Assembly (NCBI GenBank): GCA_010093605.1
Contig: MU004181.1
Coordinates: 124,001 to 188,000 of the forward strand
Direction: 5' to 3'
DNA: 64,000 bases
From: Lophium mytilinum
Lineage: Eukaryota
The notes under the pieces are model-generated. The model searched no databases. It was given only the letters and a program-made list of their open reading frames with translations, and had not been told where the DNA came from. Both the position numbers and the translations under genes were made by a program. This document shows positions 59,446 to 64,000 of this stretch, one piece after another; within the stretch, counting starts at the first letter, position 1; every line of letters begins with the position of its first letter.

Positions 59446-61887
59446 TCACTCTGCCTCCGTTTCTGGAGGGAAATTTGGAGTATCATCCCGTTCTCCTTCC
59501 GGCTCTGCGCTCTCCGCTCCGAAGAGTGCCTCCTCCCTCGCCTCGAGGAGGTCTTCAAACCGAACCATGATGCTCTTGCTGCTCTCCGCAATCTCATCCT
59601 CATTTAGAGGCTCCACATCCGACTTCTTCAATATCTTGTGGCGGCGGACTCGCTCCTCATGGTATTGGTACGCCGCGTCCAGGTTGGGCAAGAAGTCAGT
59701 CGTGAGATTCTTTTTGCCTCTTGCTCGGCGAAGTCGTACCAAGAAGTCTCCAAAGACCTCCATGATGTGGTCTTGGTTGAAAAACGCCACAAGCTCGAAG
59801 TGGCGCGCACCTCCCATCACGTCGTACCCGTTTCGCATTGGGAACGAAAGCCGCCGAAGACCGGTCTCTTCGAGCAACAAAGACTTCAAACCATCGATAT
59901 CAGTGCCATGGGGACTACCGATAATCACGTCGCGAAGTTGCGAGTTGGCGCCACTGGAAGTCAGGTATGTAATAGTCCTGGTTAGAAGATCACAATCCTC
60001 GACGTCGAGGATGTTGTTCCACCAGAACTCTTCTTTGTGCATTTGACGGAACTCAGGACTCACGAGGCTTCCTAGCATGTAGTCACTGAGGATCTGATCG
60101 TCGAAAGAGTGTTCAGTCGTCATACGCCGGAAGGCTACACCGTTCGAATGCGGACCTCGTTGCCATCTTTGTCGAAGAGTTGCACCGGTCCCGAGACGCT
60201 TCCGGATGACCCACCGTTGGAGTTCTGGGGGAAGGCCTTGCCAATTGAACGTCACAACTGATGGGACGTCTTCTTGCACTTGGTGGCGAAATGCACTCCC
60301 CGTGATCCCGTAGTCAAAGTCTACATCGACATCCGCGTCGAAGAGCTCGTCCGGGAGCTCATGTTCAGCTTCATAGAATCCATCTGTTGACGCTGTGCCA
60401 CTGGAGATTCGATCGGGAAACGTGATACCGGCGGCGACTAGATCCTCGATCGTCGTGTAAGGCTTGCTCTTTAACGTCAGGTCCTGGAAAGCCCGGTCCA
60501 TAGAGCTAGTCAGTCGAGCTAGCCTGGAATGGGAGTAGGATGTCGACTTCATACCTACTTCAGGTATTACACCCGATTCCGCGAGGAACGGTTCCGAAGA
60601 AGAAGGTGTCGTAATTGGGCTAAATGACGGTGGACGGCGCTCTGGTGACGCTCTGCTGCTAGAAAATCGATCTGTAGGTGTTGGGACTGCTTTCTGGGCA
60701 TGGGTCAGGCTGCGGAAATAGTCGGTAGCAGGTGAAGTCCGTTGAGGTCGCCTATGCCATTCGTTTCCTGCCGAATCCACAGCTACGACGGGGTCTACTC
60801 TCGCTGCTAGGAGGCGGCTTGCGTCTGGGAAGCCCCCTTCTGGCCTCGGTTCCGGGCCCAAGTCGCGACGGGCAGGACGATTCCTGCCACCCCGCGCCCC
60901 ATAATACGCGGCACGATAACGACGTGCTGCGCTGGGAAGCGAGTTGGCACGACGACGACCATAGTCGATGGGAAACTCCTCGCGATTCACGCCAGCTCCC
61001 CTGCCTCTACCCCTCCCTCTGCCTCCACCTCGCATGCCGCCCCGGTCTGGCATATGTCCGGCTGCTCTCATCGTTTCTACGTGACGGGGAATGCGGTTGG
61101 GCACTATGCCGCCTCTTGCTGGTTGTGCGGGAGGTTCCGAGGAAGGGATGGTGATCGTGCTACATGTTGCTGGGATTGGCGACGCCCTGCCACCGGAATA
61201 TCGATCGAGGAATGCTAGGGCTGATTGCGGTGTCTGGGAAAGGCTGCGTGGAGAGCTGGCCGCAGGTCCAGTCACTCGAACGCGCTTGTGGTCGTGGGAT
61301 GATGCCGATTTCCCGCTAACGTTGGGGTGAATCCCGGGTTCTGGAGAAGGGATGGTGATCAGGCTGGATGATGGGGGGAAGCGATCCGCCCAGTCCTGAG
61401 CCTTCATTCCACCCTCTACGTCTTGGCCTACACTCGTATCCGGGACAAAGGGTTCCGAAGGTATGGTGATGTTGCTGTATGTCGGTGGAAAGCGTTCCGC
61501 CCAGTCTTGAGCCCCCATTTCACCTCTCGTCTGCTCGGTTGCCGCGTCAGATTCCAATGCCTCCTTGCTCTTCTTCTCCAGGCTGGAGACTCTCTCCTCG
61601 GCCCCCTCTTTATTGTTCTCGGTATCCCTGACTACCGCGGGGTTGTGGGAGGCTTCTTTTGGCTTGCCTCTCATGGCTCCACCTTTCACGGGACGCAGCC
61701 GGCCAAGCCATGGCCTGCCCACTGTTGTGGTCTGGCTTGGGTCTGCAATGTAGTTTAGAGTCATAGATCTAAGCCTCGGGGGAGCACGCATACCTGGGTT
61801 GTTGCGACCGGTTCCAGCCTCTTGCTGCTCTTCCTGGGAGTCTTCAGACTGTCGAGACGCGTGCTTGCGCTTGGGAAGTCCAGCCAT
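59446..61887 (-). CDS. Family B protein (813 aa) with long disordered, repeat- and RGG-containing N-terminus
   Basis: The C-terminal domain FNWQGLPPELQRWVIRKRL...PHSNG..FRRMTTEHSFDD is closely similar to the 55150 gene. N-terminal AQDWA.RFPP..ITIPS repeats and RGGGRGRGRG. Confidence 0.85.
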   Translation of the reverse strand: MAGLPKRKHASRQSEDSQEEQQEAGTGRNNPGMRAPPRLRSMTLNYIADPSQTTTVGRPWLGRLRPVKGGAMRGKPKEASHNPAVVRDTENNKEGAEERVSSLEKKSKEALESDAATEQTRGEMGAQDWAERFPPTYSNITIPSEPFVPDTSVGQDVEGGMKAQDWADRFPPSSSLITIPSPEPGIHPNVSGKSASSHDHKRVRVTGPAASSPRSLSQTPQSALAFLDRYSGGRASPIPATCSTITIPSSEPPAQPARGGIVPNRIPRHVETMRAAGHMPDRGGMRGGGRGRGRGRGAGVNREEFPIDYGRRRANSLPSAARRYRAAYYGARGGRNRPARRDLGPEPRPEGGFPDASRLLAARVDPVVAVDSAGNEWHRRPQRTSPATDYFRSLTHAQKAVPTPTDRFSSSRASPERRPPSFSPITTPSSSEPFLAESGVIPEVGMKSTSYSHSRLARLTSSMDRAFQDLTLKSKPYTTIEDLVAAGITFPDRISSGTASTDGFYEAEHELPDELFDADVDVDFDYGITGSAFRHQVQEDVPSVVTFNWQGLPPELQRWVIRKRLGTGATLRQRWQRGPHSNGVAFRRMTTEHSFDDQILSDYMLGSLVSPEFRQMHKEEFWWNNILDVEDCDLLTRTITYLTSSGANSQLRDVIIGSPHGTDIDGLKSLLLEETGLRRLSFPMRNGYDVMGGARHFELVAFFNQDHIMEVFGDFLVRLRRARGKKNLTTDFLPNLDAAYQYHEERVRRHKILKKSDVEPLNEDEIAESSKSIMVRFEDLLEAREEALFGAESAEPEGERDDTPNFPPETEAE

Positions 61888-62433
61888 CGTATTCAGCTGG
61901 AGTGGTTGTGAAGGTAGATGTGGTGTGATGAGCTAAGCTGTGTGGTGGGAAAGGTTGATGTTGGCTCCCTGGGCTGTGTGGAGGAGATGTAGTTATAGGA
62001 AAGGGATTCGTTGTTGGTGCTTCAAGTGCGTGAAGAGGTGGTGTGGTGGGCGAGGCTGTCTGGGAAACGTTGTTGATGTCGTTTTGGGTTTGGGGGAGGA
62101 GGTGTATTTATAGGTAGGATATACAGGCTGTCGACCTACGGGGCGCACAGAAGGAACAGCACGGGTCCGAAGCGGTGAATTTTGTGGATGTCATAAACAA
62201 GCCGAGAGAAAATATGCCAAGCCGGGCGTTGATCCGTCGTGGTGAATGAAATTCTTCGATGTCCGTCCCTGGGCAGCCGATGCTTCTTGTATTGGGCGTA
62301 GTCGCGTGTCGGCAAGGGCTCATAATCGAAGCAAGCTATATCTCTCGAAGGAGGCTTGTGGAGGTATGTGTCGGGTAGTATATCATCAAGCTATAAGCCG
62401 AAATGGCCGTAATGAATGGCGACGAGATTACCC

Positions 62434-63551
62434 ATGAGTCCCGAGGGGACACCCACACGCAGTGCAGCCAGCGCTTCTGCCCATTATATGGAGGACGAAA
62501 ATTTCAGTTTGCCTGAATCCTTTCTTACGATTCAACCCCAAGGAAGTCGCGCGAGCAAAACCGACGTAATCCTCACTGAACTTCGAAGCAAACCTCCTCT
62601 GCATCCACCATAGGCCTAATTGCTGTTTCAGAGGCGATTTCTCCTTTTTTCCTCAACAGCTCTTCGCCATCCTCATTTATTTCCTAGGCTCAGCATCCCC
62701 CGATCCCAAGTCATTAGACTTTCCCACGGTGCTGGTACTATCATCTCTTTCATCCATTTGCCACTCTAATCCATCGTCATTATCTTCATCCCAGCCAAGG
62801 TGCCAGTACTAGGATACCTAGCCAGCAATACGAAACTAACCACAACTCGCTCGCTGCCACGAGATGGGTCCTGGCGACTCTTCCCCGCAACTCCCGTCCA
62901 GCAAGCGTTCCGCCGAAGACACCTGTCCGAAGTACAAAGCTAGCATCCCGATTCACCGCAAAAGAATGCTAAAAGAGGTCCACCCCTCGCAGACTGACCG
63001 CATGTGACCCAAATGCGCATCCCCAAACTTGCTTTCGGCGTAAGCAGAATGCTGTCCCAGCGCTGCGAGAGTAATGACAACGGAGCTCCTGGCGTCGTTT
63101 CCTCTGCGCAATCGTTCGGGAAAAGGTCTCGTGTACGGCATTCTACTCCGCGCTCACCCACGACGTCCAAAACGCAGCCATCTTCCTACGCAAGCTAGAC
63201 AGGCCGCAGAAGCTCGGGTATGGAAGCTCGTCACTAAAGTGCTGATCCGCGGCCCCCTATATCTCTCCCGGTGCGATTATCACCTCGGCGACGTTCTACA
63301 TAGCTTTCTCGCACTCGACAGGTGGCAATGTGTTGTCGGCCATAAACAGGATGTACTCGGCGCTATTCAGAATGACCTCCCTGCCTCCACAGCTTGTCTT
63401 CAAGGAATATGTCGTCGCCGATCTAGGAGACTTTCTCACCACAACTCGGCGCGATTGGGGAAAGATGTCGTTCATGGCCGAGTCCTTCGCCGACTATCAT
63501 GGAGATGAGGGGATCTGGGGTTGGGAAGAAGCCTGTGGACTCAAAAAATGA
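62434..63551 (+). pseudogene. Fragmented unknown gene
   Basis: Successive protein-like + strand ORFs in different frames (62416..62613, 63074..63508, 63330..63551). No motif recognised. Confidence 0.25.
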
Positions 63552-64000
63552 GCTGGCGTCTCAAATCTGTGGTAGGGACATGAGTGCGACACTTAAGGAA
63601 ATGAAGGTGCTAGCCGACCAGATGGCGGAAGCGCAGGCGAGGATTGCAGAGACGAAGCAGTGTCTGGAGTAGGGAAGGATAGAGTCGAGGGATCGTCCGT
63701 GAAGTCTTCTTGTTAGTATAGTAAAAATGTCTTCAGCACGGGAAAGTATTCGGTCTGGCCAACCCCATGACTCGCGAAACATGGAGCATGGTCTCCTTTA
63801 GAGATCAAGAACTACTTCGACACCTGCTTAGTCTCCAGCTCGCAGAAACACTCCAGCAGATGCGCTCTCCACTGCCTCAGAAATATCATCGAGGCGATGA
63901 CTCTCCCTCTCTCTTTCTGCTTTACCATATGCTCAACGCTGATCATGAGCCCCGTATTTCCTAGCTTCCTCCAAGCATCAATGACGCCCTCGACATCCGA

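Noticed and set aside
1..64000. Starship captain (tyrosine recombinase), transposase or reverse transcriptase
   Set aside because: No such motif was recognised in any ORF. An enclosing element with ends outside the window cannot be excluded.

Overview
Intron-containing fungal DNA, probably from a filamentous ascomycete (GTRAG/CTRAY/YAG introns of ~50-96 nt, Zn2Cys6 genes). It looks like a fast-evolving accessory region, and no intact housekeeping gene was recognised. Three lineage-specific paralogue families are present. Family A is a tandem array of 7 genes/pseudogenes at 2.5-14.8 kb, each with an F-box-like helix plus a degenerate nucleotidyltransferase-like domain. Family B has 4 members with an F-box/2EXR-like 'LP.E' motif at 47.6-61.9 kb. 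Family C has 6 small 'DF.G...G.DL...W' members at 0.4-2.3 kb and 42.2-45.7 kb. There are also two Zn2Cys6 genes, small spliced genes, many TAG-disrupted pseudogenes, isolated fragments of conserved genes (SDR, DNAJC9-like, RBM39/Pad-1-like) and degenerate 164-255 bp tandem repeats. The most unusual signal is six putative RNA polymerase III units. Four are dispersed copies of an unrecognised small RNA: TATA at exactly -31, an invariant 5' hairpin, a conserved 37-38 nt intron-like segment (GTGAG..GCTRAY..TAG), a B box and an oligo-T end. Two are tRNA-like genes with aberrant anticodon arms, one followed directly by a 23-bp hairpin. All gene models and family assignments were made by eye; no database searches were run.
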